Positions 24,969-33,290 of a stretch of DNA of 33,290 bases are shown here, in pieces. The notes below the pieces were generated by a model. That model was not told the DNA's origin. It saw only the letters and a program-made list of their open reading frames with translations, and made no database searches. The DNA lies in NCBI GenBank assembly GCA_025922915.1, contig JAICGY010000002.1, forward strand, positions 1-33,290. The letters run 5' to 3'. The DNA comes from Candidatus Methylomirabilota bacterium. Lineage in GTDB: Bacteria > Methylomirabilota > Methylomirabilia > Rokubacteriales > CSP1-6. The translations under genes were made by a program, and so were the position numbers. Position 1 is the stretch's first letter. Every line of letters starts with the position of its first letter.

Positions 24969-25834
24969 GGGGCGGCCAGGCGCGCCGCCGCCAGGCCGAG
25001 GGCGCGGGCCGTCATCGTACGGACGAGATGGCGGCGGTACTCGGCGCTGCCGTGGACGTCGGAGGCGGGCTCGAGGCCGGCATCGGCCACCGCGGCGGCG
25101 GCGTCCAGCACGCTCGCGGTCGGCGGCTCGCCGTGCAGGCGCGCCTCGGCGGCACGCGCCCGGTGGCAGCGGTCGGCGCTGCCGAGCACGACGATGCGGC
25201 TGGCGGGGCCGAGGCGACCGTCCTGGAGCGCCAGCACGACGGCGGCGCCGGCGAGCGCGAAGTCGCCGTGACGGCGGCTGAACTCGACGAAGGCCCAGCC
25301 GCGGCCGGCGCACGCGGGGATCTCGATCTCGGTGAGGATCTCCCCCGGCGCCGCCGCCGTGGCCAGGAAGCCCTGGAAGAAGTCCTCGGCGGCGACCCGG
25401 CGGACGCCGTCCGGCCCCGTCAGCGTGAGCGTCGCGTCGAGCGCCAGCGCCGCCGCCGGCACCTCGGCCAGGGGATCGGCGTGGGCGAGGCTGCCGCCGA
25501 CCGTGCCCCGGAAGCGGATCGCCGGATGGCCGACGTGGGCGAGCGCCGCGGCGAGGAGCGGCGCACGCTCGCGCACCAGCGGGGCCGTCTCCGCATCCGC
25601 CTGCCGTGTCATCGCGCCGATCGCCACGCCGTCGCCGGCCGCCCGGACGCCGGCGAGGCCGGTGAGGCGCCGCAGGTCGACGAGGAGCCGCGGGCGCACC
25701 AGGCGCAGGTTGAGGAGCGGGATCAGGCTCTGGCCACCGGCGAGGACCCGCCCGTCCTCGCCCGCCGAGGCGAGGACCGCCACCGCCTCCTCGAGGACGG
25801 GCGGCGCCACGTAGTCGAAGTCGACGGGCTTCAC
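24965..25834 (-). CDS. FAD-binding subunit, CoxM/HmfB-like (289 aa)
   Basis: GTG at 25834 (VKPVDFDY). Motifs LAGGQSLIPLLNLR, IRFRGTVGGSLAHADP, RRHGDFA, DVHGSAEYRR. Confidence 0.94.
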   Translation of the reverse strand: MKPVDFDYVAPPVLEEAVAVLASAGEDGRVLAGGQSLIPLLNLRLVRPRLLVDLRRLTGLAGVRAAGDGVAIGAMTRQADAETAPLVRERAPLLAAALAHVGHPAIRFRGTVGGSLAHADPLAEVPAAALALDATLTLTGPDGVRRVAAEDFFQGFLATAAAPGEILTEIEIPACAGRGWAFVEFSRRHGDFALAGAAVVLALQDGRLGPASRIVVLGSADRCHRARAAEARLHGEPPTASVLDAAAAVADAGLEPASDVHGSAEYRRHLVRTMTARALGLAAARLAAP

Positions 25835-26832
25835 GGGACGTCTCCCAGGCGGAAGAGCGCGCGCGCCGTGTCCCGGAGGATCGCCGTCTCGGCCGCTGCC
25901 CCGAGGCCGGCCGCCTCCACCGCTCCCACGGGGTCGGGATCGCCCACGTCGAACGGGTAGTCGGTCCCGAGCACGATGCGCCCGGCGCCGGCGACCTCGG
26001 CGAGGTAGCGCAGCGGCGGCGCCCAGTGCGTGATCGTGTCGTAGTAGAACCACCGGAGCGCGTCCAGCGGGGCGCGGGCGGCGCTCGCCTGCTCGAGTTG
26101 GTGGCCGCGCGCGAGCCGGCCCGCCTGGTACGGGAAGAACCCGCCGGCGTGGACGAGGATCACCCGGAGGTCGGGGAAGCGCTCGGCCACGCCGTCGAGG
26201 ACGAGCGACGCGGCGGCCAGCGTGGTGTCGAGCGGGTAGCCGAGGAGCTGCAGGAACGCGTGCGACGTCAGGCGCTCCTCGCCGGGCACGTGCCAGGGAT
26301 GGAGGATCACCGGCGCCCGCGTCGCGACGGCCGCCTGCCAGAACGGGTCCAGCTCCGGCCGGGACAGCGGCGCCCCCATCACGTTGGTGCCGATCTGGAC
26401 GCCGCGCAGGCCGAGGTGCCCCATGGCGTGCTCGAGCTCGCCGGCGGCGGCCTTGCCGTCCTGCAGCGGCACCGTCGCGATCCCGGCGAACGCTCCGGAG
26501 CCCTCCTCGCGGAGGGCCGCGGCCAGCGTCTCGTTGAGGAGGCGGCTCCACCGCCGGCCGGCCTCCGGCGAGAGCGCGTAGCCGACCACGTCCATCCACG
26601 GGGCGAGGAGCTGCGCGCCCAGCCGGGCGGCGCTCATGCTCCGTCGCCGCTCCGCCAGGTCGAGCAGCTTCGGCGCGAGCGGGCGCGTGTAGCCCGTGCG
26701 GGGGAAGAGCAGGCGCACACGGCCCTCGCCCACGGTCTCGACGCCCACCCCGTAGCGGTCCGCGTGCGCGCCGAGCTCGGCGAGCGCCCGGGGCGGCACG
26801 AAGTGCGCGTGGACGTCCAGCGGCTCAGGCAT
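25831..26832 (-). CDS. Amidohydrolase_2 family protein, ACMSD-like decarboxylase/hydratase (333 aa)
   Basis: DVHAH, ATVPLQD, GVQIGTN, ILHP, VHAGG, YYDT, GTDYPF. Confidence 0.92.
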   Translation of the reverse strand: MPEPLDVHAHFVPPRALAELGAHADRYGVGVETVGEGRVRLLFPRTGYTRPLAPKLLDLAERRRSMSAARLGAQLLAPWMDVVGYALSPEAGRRWSRLLNETLAAALREEGSGAFAGIATVPLQDGKAAAGELEHAMGHLGLRGVQIGTNVMGAPLSRPELDPFWQAAVATRAPVILHPWHVPGEERLTSHAFLQLLGYPLDTTLAAASLVLDGVAERFPDLRVILVHAGGFFPYQAGRLARGHQLEQASAARAPLDALRWFYYDTITHWAPPLRYLAEVAGAGRIVLGTDYPFDVGDPDPVGAVEAAGLGAAAETAILRDTARALFRLGDVP

Positions 26833-28498
26833 CGCCGTGGACGATCTCGCCGCCGACCATGGTGAGCCGCACGGGCATCGCGCCCAGCTCGTCGAGGCCC
26901 ACGGCGAGCGGGTCGGCCTCGAGCACGGCCAGATCGGCGCGCCGCCCGGGCACGAGGGCGCCCGCCTCGCGCTCGGCGAACGTCAGCCAGGCGCCGCCCT
27001 GGGCCAGCGCGCGCAGTCCGTCCAGCCGGCTCAGGCGCTCGCCGGGGCCGAGCACCTCGCCGGACGTCATGTCGCGGCGGCCGACGACGGCGGCCAGGGC
27101 CAGCCAGGGATCGGGCGGCTTGTTGTCCGTCGCCAGGGCGACGGGCACGCCCGCGCGCACGAGGCTGCGGTGGGGCATGAGCGTCTCGGCCGCGCCGCCG
27201 GCGCGGGCGACCTCCTCGGCGGCCGAGCGCCAGAGGTAGGAGATCGGGTTCGTGGTGACGACGGCGCCCAGGCGCCGGATCCGCGCCACGTCGCGCGCGC
27301 TCGCGACGTTGAGGTGCACGAGCACCCAGCGCAGCGCGCGGATCGGCGTCTCGGCGTCGATCGCCTCCCACACGTCCAGCACCTCGGGCAGGCACCGGGT
27401 GATGAGCGTGCTCACGCGCAGGCCGTGCCGGGCGGCCAGCCGGGCCTGGGCGTGATAGCTCGCCGCGTCGTTCGCGGACTCGACGAAGCCCGCCCAGCCG
27501 GTGTCCGGCTGCGCGGCGTGGAGGATGCGCGCGACCTCCGGGTCGCCGCCCCAGTGCAGGCACAGCCCTCCGACGCGCAGCCGGTCGTCGCCGAGCCCGG
27601 CCCCGCCCGCCCACGCCGCCAGGTCGGGGATCGCCCGCTCGGCCGCCGCCGCGCCCTGCCACGTCGCGCTCAGCGCCAGCATGCAGCGCAGGCGCAGCCG
27701 CCCGGCCGCGTGCGTCTCGCGGTACACGCGCAGCACCTGGGGCGCGACGCCGTGGCCCTCGTAGACCGCCGTCACCCCGCGTGCCGCGTATCGCCGCTGG
27801 GCGTCGGCGAGCGCGCGCATCCGGTCGGCGTGCGTGAACCGGGGCACGGCGCGCAGCAGCGTGTGCTCGAGCACCTGGATGAGGTTGTGCTCGACGAAGA
27901 GGCCGGTCGGCTCCCCCGCCGCGTCGCGCACGATGTCGACCCCCTTCGGCGCCGTCGTCTCGCGCGTGACGCCGGCGGCGCGCAGGGCGGCCGAGCTCGC
28001 CACGGAGTGGACGGGGGGCTTGTTCCAGTAGCCCCAGATGCCGCGGACGTACGCGGGGCGATCGCCCACGGCGGCGTCGAGGTCGGCGCGGGTGGGCCAG
28101 CGCCCCTCCGCGAGGCAGCCGGGGGCGTCCCGGTAGAAGGGCGGGGTGCCGAGGGGCATGGTGACGAGCCACTCGCCGGGCGGGCGGCCGGCCGCCAGCC
28201 GCCGGAGGCGGGCCTGCAGGTCGGCGATCGAGCGGCAGCCGGCGAGCGACGGGCAGAGGTGCTTCAGGCCCTCGCGGTCCAGGTGGGCGTGGGCATCGAC
28301 GAGCCCGGGCACCACGGTGGCCCCGCCCAGGTCGACCACGCGGGTCCGCCGGTCACGCCAGGCGCGCATCTGCCCCCGGCCGCCGACGGCGGCGACACGC
28401 CCGCCGGCGACGGCGAGCGCGGGCGCCACCGGCCGCCGGCGGTCGAGCGTGAGGATGCGCCCGTCCTGGAGGATCCAGTCGGCCGCTATTTCATCCAC
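26825..28498 (-). CDS. Amidohydrolase_3 (YtcJ-like) protein (about 557 aa)
   Basis: GTG at about 28498 within track ORF 26825..28951. Motifs DLGGATVVPGLVDAHAH, PTRADLD, GEPTG, ATD, G.LVPGRRADLAVL, TMVGG. Confidence 0.88.
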   Translation of the reverse strand: MDEIAADWILQDGRILTLDRRRPVAPALAVAGGRVAAVGGRGQMRAWRDRRTRVVDLGGATVVPGLVDAHAHLDREGLKHLCPSLAGCRSIADLQARLRRLAAGRPPGEWLVTMPLGTPPFYRDAPGCLAEGRWPTRADLDAAVGDRPAYVRGIWGYWNKPPVHSVASSAALRAAGVTRETTAPKGVDIVRDAAGEPTGLFVEHNLIQVLEHTLLRAVPRFTHADRMRALADAQRRYAARGVTAVYEGHGVAPQVLRVYRETHAAGRLRLRCMLALSATWQGAAAAERAIPDLAAWAGGAGLGDDRLRVGGLCLHWGGDPEVARILHAAQPDTGWAGFVESANDAASYHAQARLAARHGLRVSTLITRCLPEVLDVWEAIDAETPIRALRWVLVHLNVASARDVARIRRLGAVVTTNPISYLWRSAAEEVARAGGAAETLMPHRSLVRAGVPVALATDNKPPDPWLALAAVVGRRDMTSGEVLGPGERLSRLDGLRALAQGGAWLTFAEREAGALVPGRRADLAVLEADPLAVGLDELGAMPVRLTMVGGEIVHGDA

Positions 28499-29478
28499 CC
28501 CTTCTCGCGGTACGCGCGCTCGGCCCCGGGGTGGAGCGGGATCCCGACGTTCTCGGGCTTCCAGGCGGTCTGGGGATCGAACGCGGCGAGGCCGGCGTGG
28601 CCCCGCACGAGGGCGTCCTTGCTCTCGATGATCGTCTTCGTGATCGTGTACGCCACGGGCTCGGGGAGCGCCGTGTTGGTGATGAGCACGGTCGGGAAGC
28701 CGACGGTGCTGACCGGCTGCGTCTGCCCCTTGAAGACGTCGGCGGGCATCGTGGCCGGCTGGTACCCGAGCTCCGCGAGCCCCTTCACCCGCTCCGCCTC
28801 CACGCTCAGGAACTTCACGTCGGAGAACGTGGCGATCTCGGTGATCGACGGGTGCTTGGGCGTGATGACGGCGATGAGGAGGTCGGCGCGCCCGTCCTTG
28901 AAGGCGTCGACGATGATCTTGTAGCCCTGGTGGGCGGCGGCGCCGCCCCACGACTTGAGGTCGTCGTACGAGATGCCGTACTCGCGGAGCAGCTGCTTGG
29001 CGCCCAGCTCGCCCAGCGACCCCACGGGCAGGGTGTAGAGGCGGACGGGGAGCTTGCGCTCCTTGATGTCCTTCAGCGAGCTGGCGTCGAGCTTCTTCGA
29101 CGCGATGGCCACCAGGTAGTAGTCGTCGAGCCCGCCCACGAGGCCCCGGAGGTTCTCGAGCTTGCTATCGTAGGCCTCCTGGCCCTGGGACGCCCACCGG
29201 TTCGTCACCGTGAACGACAGCGCCAGCGGCGTCTCGTTCTTGGCCACCAGCTTGGCGTTGCCCACGCCTCCCGAGAAGGGCTTCACGTCGATGTTCGAGC
29301 CGGCGGGCAGGGTCTTGCGCAGCAGCTCGGCCATGGTGGCGCCGTAGACGTACCAGGCGGTGCCCTGGCTGAGCGTGGCGAAGGCCAGGTTCACCGGCGC
29401 CGACTGGGCGGCGGCGCCGAGCGCGCCCGCGGCCAGCAGCACGACCGCCAGGATCGCGGTGAGGGAGCGTCGTGTCAT
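28486..29478 (-). CDS. TAXI-family TRAP transporter solute-binding subunit (330 aa)
   Basis: Sec signal, AT...GTAWYVYG, GGVGN, AFKDGRAD, VAYTITK, IPLHPGAERAYRE. RBS AAAGGAG lies upstream. Confidence 0.94.
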   Translation of the reverse strand: MTRRSLTAILAVVLLAAGALGAAAQSAPVNLAFATLSQGTAWYVYGATMAELLRKTLPAGSNIDVKPFSGGVGNAKLVAKNETPLALSFTVTNRWASQGQEAYDSKLENLRGLVGGLDDYYLVAIASKKLDASSLKDIKERKLPVRLYTLPVGSLGELGAKQLLREYGISYDDLKSWGGAAAHQGYKIIVDAFKDGRADLLIAVITPKHPSITEIATFSDVKFLSVEAERVKGLAELGYQPATMPADVFKGQTQPVSTVGFPTVLITNTALPEPVAYTITKTIIESKDALVRGHAGLAAFDPQTAWKPENVGIPLHPGAERAYREKGWMK

Positions 29479-29497
29479 CGTGGGTCTCCTTTCGAGA

Positions 29498-30505
29498 TCA
29501 GCGGGTGGCGAACGCCGGCGCCACCTCGGCCAGGAAGCGCGTGAGCTGCCCGCGCTGGTCCCACGAGGACAGGCGGAGCGCCATGTGGCCCAGCCCGGCG
29601 CCGAAGTAGGCGCGCAGCTGCTCGATGCAGTCGGCGGGGCGGCCCGCCACCGTCCACTGCTCGACGAACTGCGGCGTGAACTTCGCGGTGTAGTACGCGT
29701 CGAGGAAGGCCTTGGACTCCTCCAGGGCGGCCTGCCGGTCCTCGTTGATGTTGATGTTGTGGTAGAGCGCGCTGCCGAGGGCGGCCGGATCCCGCCCCTC
29801 CTCGCGCGCCATCGCCTGCACGCGGCCGAACTGCTCGCGGAATTCCGCGGGGCTCAGCTTGTTGGTCATCCAGCCGTCGGCGAACCGCGCGATCCGGCGG
29901 AAGGAGCGCTCCACGACGGCCTCCGAGGCGCTCGCCCCGCCCTTCCAGGTGAGGCCGGTCGGGTTCGAGGCGATCCAGATCGGCACCGGGCGCTGCACGG
30001 GCCGCGGCTCGAGCGTCACGGACTCGAACCGGTAGAAGCGGCCTTGGTGGCTCACCTTGGTCTCGTGGAAGAGCCGGCGCAGGATCTCGATTCCCTCCTC
30101 GAGCCGCCCCACCCGCTCGCCGGAGGGGATGCCCATGACCGCGTGCTCGGCGGCCTGGGCGGCGTTGGCGTCGCTCGGCCCGCCCAGGCACACCGCGAGC
30201 CAGGCCCGCCCCTCGGACAGCACGTCGAGGCTCGCCCACTGCTGGGCGAGGAGCACCGGATGGCGGTGCACGAAGGTGGCCATGCAGCCGACGGCCAGGC
30301 GGACCCGGGAGGTCACCGCCGCGAGCGCCGACAGGAGCGCGATGGACTCCAGGCGCGGCTTGGCGAGCAGGCTGTCGCCCACCCAGACGGCGTCGAAGGC
30401 GCCCGACGTCTCGCCGGCGGCGGCGAGGTCGAGCAGGTCGCGGGCCGTGAGGGCGCCCAGCACGACGGCCCGGTTGGCCAGGATCAGGCCGAACGACGCC
30501 GGCAT
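29498..30505 (-). CDS. LLM-class (luciferase-like) flavin-dependent oxidoreductase (335 aa)
   Basis: FDAVWVGD, LAAVTSRVRL, RHPVLLAQQWASLDVLSEGR, PRPVQRPVPIWIA, RIARFADGW. Confidence 0.92.
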   Translation of the reverse strand: MPASFGLILANRAVVLGALTARDLLDLAAAGETSGAFDAVWVGDSLLAKPRLESIALLSALAAVTSRVRLAVGCMATFVHRHPVLLAQQWASLDVLSEGRAWLAVCLGGPSDANAAQAAEHAVMGIPSGERVGRLEEGIEILRRLFHETKVSHQGRFYRFESVTLEPRPVQRPVPIWIASNPTGLTWKGGASASEAVVERSFRRIARFADGWMTNKLSPAEFREQFGRVQAMAREEGRDPAALGSALYHNININEDRQAALEESKAFLDAYYTAKFTPQFVEQWTVAGRPADCIEQLRAYFGAGLGHMALRLSSWDQRGQLTRFLAEVAPAFATR

Positions 30506-30509
30506 CCGC

Positions 30510-31277
30510 TCACCTCCCCCGGTACGTGGGCGGGCGCCGGTCGAGGAACGAGCGCACGCCTTCCTCGTAATCGTGCGTGGAGCGCAGCCAGGCGTACGCC
30601 TTGCGCTCCAGCTCCAGCGCGGTCTCCAGCGGCGCCTCGGCGCCGCGGTTGAGCACGGTCTTCAGCGTCCGCATGGCGAGCGGCGCCCGCTCGGCCAGCT
30701 CCGTGGCCAGCGCGCGCACCGCCGCATCCAGGCCGTCGTCGGGGACCGCCTGGGTCACGAGCCCCCAGGCCTCCGCGCGCGCGGCCGGGATGCGCTGGCC
30801 GGTCATGATGAACAGCTTGGCCCGCGTCATCCCCATCAGCCGGAGCGCGCGCTGGGTGCCGCCGCTGCCGGGGATCATCCCGAGCCGGACCTCGGGGAAC
30901 GCGAACTCCGAGCGCAGCGTGGCGATGCGGAAGTCGCAGGCGACCGCCAGCTCGAGGCCGGCCCCCATCGTATACCCGTCGATGGCGGCGATCACCGGCT
31001 TCCGGCAGCGCTCGGGGGCGCTGCAGGTGTCGCCCCACTGCTCGAGGTCGGCGGGGGCGAGCGTGAGGAACTCGGCCACGTCGCCGCCGGCGCTGAACGC
31101 CTTGCCCCCGGCGCCGCGCACGACGACGACCCGGACCGTCTCGTCGGCGTCGAAGCCCTGGAAGAGCGCGGGCAGCTCGCGCCGCATCGCCACCGTCAGC
31201 GTGTTCATCTTCGGCTGGCGGTCGATCCAGAGGGTCACTACCGGCCCGTCCTGCTCCACCCGGAGGAACTCGCTCAT
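30510..31277 (-). CDS. Enoyl-CoA hydratase/crotonase family protein, HmfE (2-oxoglutaroyl-CoA hydrolase)-like (255 aa)
   Basis: ATG at 31277 overlaps the upstream stop. Motifs FSAGGD, APERCRKPVIAAIDG..GAGLELA.ACDFRIA, PEVRLGMIPGSGG. The HmfE resemblance is from recall and needs BLAST. Confidence 0.92.
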   Translation of the reverse strand: MSEFLRVEQDGPVVTLWIDRQPKMNTLTVAMRRELPALFQGFDADETVRVVVVRGAGGKAFSAGGDVAEFLTLAPADLEQWGDTCSAPERCRKPVIAAIDGYTMGAGLELAVACDFRIATLRSEFAFPEVRLGMIPGSGGTQRALRLMGMTRAKLFIMTGQRIPAARAEAWGLVTQAVPDDGLDAAVRALATELAERAPLAMRTLKTVLNRGAEAPLETALELERKAYAWLRSTHDYEEGVRSFLDRRPPTYRGR

Positions 31278-32821
31278 GCCTCGCTCTCCACGTAATCGCC
31301 GTCGCGCAGCAGGCGCCGGAGGATCTTGCCCGACGCGGTCTTGGGGATGTCGCGCACGAGCACGAGGCGCCGCGGCCGCTTGAAGCCCGCGAGGTCGGCG
31401 CTCGCGCGACAGTGGGCGTCGAGCGCCTCGAGCGTCAGCCCGGGGCCGGCGGGGACGACGAACGCGACGACCCGCTGCCCCCAGCGCTCGTCCGGCTCCC
31501 CGACCACGGCGACGTCGCGCACCAGGGGATGCCGCGCCAGCACCTCCTCCACCTCCACCGGGTGGATGTTCTCGCCGCCGCTGATGATCATGTCGTCGAC
31601 GCGCCCGGAGACCCAGAGCTCGCCCGCCTCGTCGATCCAGCCCATGTCGCCCGTGAAGTACCAGCCGTCGCGGAGGGCCTTCGCGTCGGCGTCGGGGCGG
31701 TTCCAGTAGCCCGCGAACGCCTCCTCGGAGTCCAGGCGCGCGACGATCTCCCCCCGGTCGCCGGCGGCCACGACCTCGTCGGGCCCCACCCGGCGCTCGG
31801 TCGACGCCGTCACCACGCGCAGGGCGGAGTGCAGGCCAGGGCGCCCCGCGCAGCCGGGCTTCTCGTGGACGTCGGGGCGGACGGAGAAGGTGTAGATCTC
31901 GGTGGAGCCGTAGTGGTTCACGAACGTGCGGGGCCGGAACGCCTTCACGCAGGCCTCTGTGAGCGACGCGAGCATGGGCGCCCCCGCGTAGGCGAGCTTC
32001 GTCACCGAGCCGACGGCCGCGGGATCGAACGCGGGCGCGTGGACGAGGTCGTAGAAGAGCGTGGGGATCAGGTAGAGCGCCGTGATGCGCTCGTCGCGGA
32101 TGCGCTCGAGCGCGCCCGCCGCGCTCCACTCCGGCTGGCAGACGAAGCAGCCGCTCACCGCCACCATGCTGGTCAGCGCGTGGATACCCATCGTGTGGTA
32201 GAGGGGCATGACCCCGAGCGTCCGCTCGCCCCCGGCGTAGCCGCACTGCAGCGCGTGCGCGACCGCCCCCGCGTAGTGGTTCCGGTGCGTCCGCGGCACC
32301 CCCTTCGGCCGCCCGGTCGTCCCCGACGTGTAGAGAATGAGCGACAGATCCCGCTCGCCGGGCGGCGGGAAGGCGGGGACGGGCTTGGCCGGCTCCTGCA
32401 TCAGGGCTTCGAAGGGCTGCGTGCCGGACGGGGCGTCGGGGCCGACGAAGACCAGGTGCACGTCGCGGCCGTCGGCGGCGGCGAGGACGGCGGGGGCGGT
32501 GTCGGGCTCGAGGAGGACGACGCGGGCGCCGGAGTCGGCGAGGACGTAGCGCATCTCGCCGGCGGCCAGGCGGAAGTTGACGGGCGTCGGGACACCGCCC
32601 AGGATCTGCAGCGCCCAGTAGGCGAGCACGTGCTCCAGGCGGTTGCGGAGCGCGACGAGGACCCGATCGCCCCGGCCGACGCCGAGCCGCGCCAGGCCAC
32701 CCGCGAGCGCGCGGGCGCGGGCGTGGAGGCCGGCGTACGAGAGCCGGCGGCCGCCGTCGACGACGGCGTCGGCGTCGGGCGCGCGGAGGGCTGCGAGCTC
32801 GAGCAGCCGGGCGAGCGTCAC
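31274..32821 (-). CDS. Aryl/heteroaryl-CoA ligase (AMP-binding), HmfD (2-furoate-CoA ligase)-like (515 aa)
   Basis: YTSGTTGRPKGV, ERTLGVMPLYHTMG, VNHYGSTE, WYFTGD, GRVDDMIISGGENI, PKTASGKILRR. The HmfD resemblance is from recall. Confidence 0.93.
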   Translation of the reverse strand: MTLARLLELAALRAPDADAVVDGGRRLSYAGLHARARALAGGLARLGVGRGDRVLVALRNRLEHVLAYWALQILGGVPTPVNFRLAAGEMRYVLADSGARVVLLEPDTAPAVLAAADGRDVHLVFVGPDAPSGTQPFEALMQEPAKPVPAFPPPGERDLSLILYTSGTTGRPKGVPRTHRNHYAGAVAHALQCGYAGGERTLGVMPLYHTMGIHALTSMVAVSGCFVCQPEWSAAGALERIRDERITALYLIPTLFYDLVHAPAFDPAAVGSVTKLAYAGAPMLASLTEACVKAFRPRTFVNHYGSTEIYTFSVRPDVHEKPGCAGRPGLHSALRVVTASTERRVGPDEVVAAGDRGEIVARLDSEEAFAGYWNRPDADAKALRDGWYFTGDMGWIDEAGELWVSGRVDDMIISGGENIHPVEVEEVLARHPLVRDVAVVGEPDERWGQRVVAFVVPAGPGLTLEALDAHCRASADLAGFKRPRRLVLVRDIPKTASGKILRRLLRDGDYVESEA

Positions 32822-33290
32822 GGGACGAGCAGGACCTTGCCCTTGTTCTTCCGGTCGAGCACGTGCTGGACCGCGGCCCGGGCGTCGGCGAGCGGGAAGG
32901 CCCGGTCGATCACCGGCCGCAGCCGGCCAGCCACCACGTGCTCCAGCACCGTCTTCAGCTCCACGATCGAGCCCAGGTTGGTCCCCACGATGCGGAGGTT
33001 CTTGGAGTAGAGGTGCCGGAGGTCGATGCGCCCCCAGTGGGTGTCGTGGGAGCCGATCGAGACCAGGGTGCCGAGCCGGGTGAGCGCCTGGACCGAGCGC
33101 TCGAAGGTCTCGCCGCCGATGTGCTCGACGACGACGTCCACGCCGCGCTTACCCGTCCACGCCTTCGTGGCCTCCACGAAGTCCTGCGTCCGGTAGTTCA
33201 CCACGTGGTCGGCCCCGAGCGACCGCGCGAGCTCCATCTTGTCGTCGCTGCCGACGGTGGCGATGACGCGGGCTCCCGCCAGCCGGGCGA
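32818..33290 (-). CDS. Zinc-binding dehydrogenase/quinone oxidoreductase (MDR family), 5'-truncated by the window edge
   Basis: The frame stays open to the window end: ARLAGARVIATVGSDDK-MELARSLGADHVVNY, GVDVVVEHIGG, RPVIDRAFPL, GKVLL. Confidence 0.88.
   Translation of the reverse strand, partial: ARLAGARVIATVGSDDKMELARSLGADHVVNYRTQDFVEATKAWTGKRGVDVVVEHIGGETFERSVQALTRLGTLVSIGSHDTHWGRIDLRHLYSKNLRIVGTNLGSIVELKTVLEHVVAGRLRPVIDRAFPLADARAAVQHVLDRKNKGKVLLVP

Noticed and set aside
22045-25834. Aerobic carbon monoxide dehydrogenase (coxMSL)
   Set aside because: The active-site loop is ANRGIGK, not AYxCSFR (form I) or AYxGAGR (form II), and the context is heteroaromatic catabolism.
2262-33010. Many long antisense ORFs (e.g. 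2262..4397, 8969..10810, 21910..24522, 26837..28924, 31412..33010)
   Set aside because: These are shadow ORFs opposite well-supported genes, caused by stop-codon scarcity, and have no protein motifs.
1-33290. CRISPR arrays, tRNA/rRNA, IS elements, integrases or phage genes
   Set aside because: No repeat-spacer pattern, RNA-gene signature or mobile-element protein was seen. Nearly all sequence is explained by CDSs.

Overview
Very GC-rich, densely coding bacterial DNA. The gene content is reminiscent of Candidatus Rokubacteria/Methylomirabilota, but that is an unverified inference. The window has three blocks. (1) 436-6411: a PduO-type cob(I)alamin adenosyltransferase, a divergently transcribed MFS transporter, and a peptide/nickel-family ABC transporter (binding protein plus two permeases, no ATPase genes). 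(2) 6404-16775, minus strand, the most interesting part: an apparent 14-gene operon. It encodes an ECF sigma factor, a zinc-type anti-sigma carrying a C-terminal CXXCH, a secreted cupredoxin-like protein, a Tat-exported metallophosphoesterase, a stand-alone monoheme TsdA/SoxA-like cytochrome c with a candidate axial Cys, a Tat-exported fused SoxYZ-like carrier, a divergent cbb3-type oxidase (CcoN, triheme CcoO fusion, CcoS-like, CcoP-N-terminal-like peptide, two microproteins), CtaG and a YeeE/YedE transporter. This looks like a non-canonical, minimal Sox-like sulfur-handling system wired to its own terminal oxidase. (3) 16867-33290, minus strand: a tightly coupled catabolic operon with hmfABCDE-like (2-furoyl-CoA pathway-like) genes, a UbiD decarboxylase, two amidohydrolases, an LLM oxidoreductase, a TAXI-TRAP transporter, an enolase-superfamily enzyme, a HAD hydrolase and a truncated MDR oxidoreductase. 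I saw no rRNA, tRNA, CRISPR array or mobile element. Family assignments come from motif recognition by eye, not from database searches.
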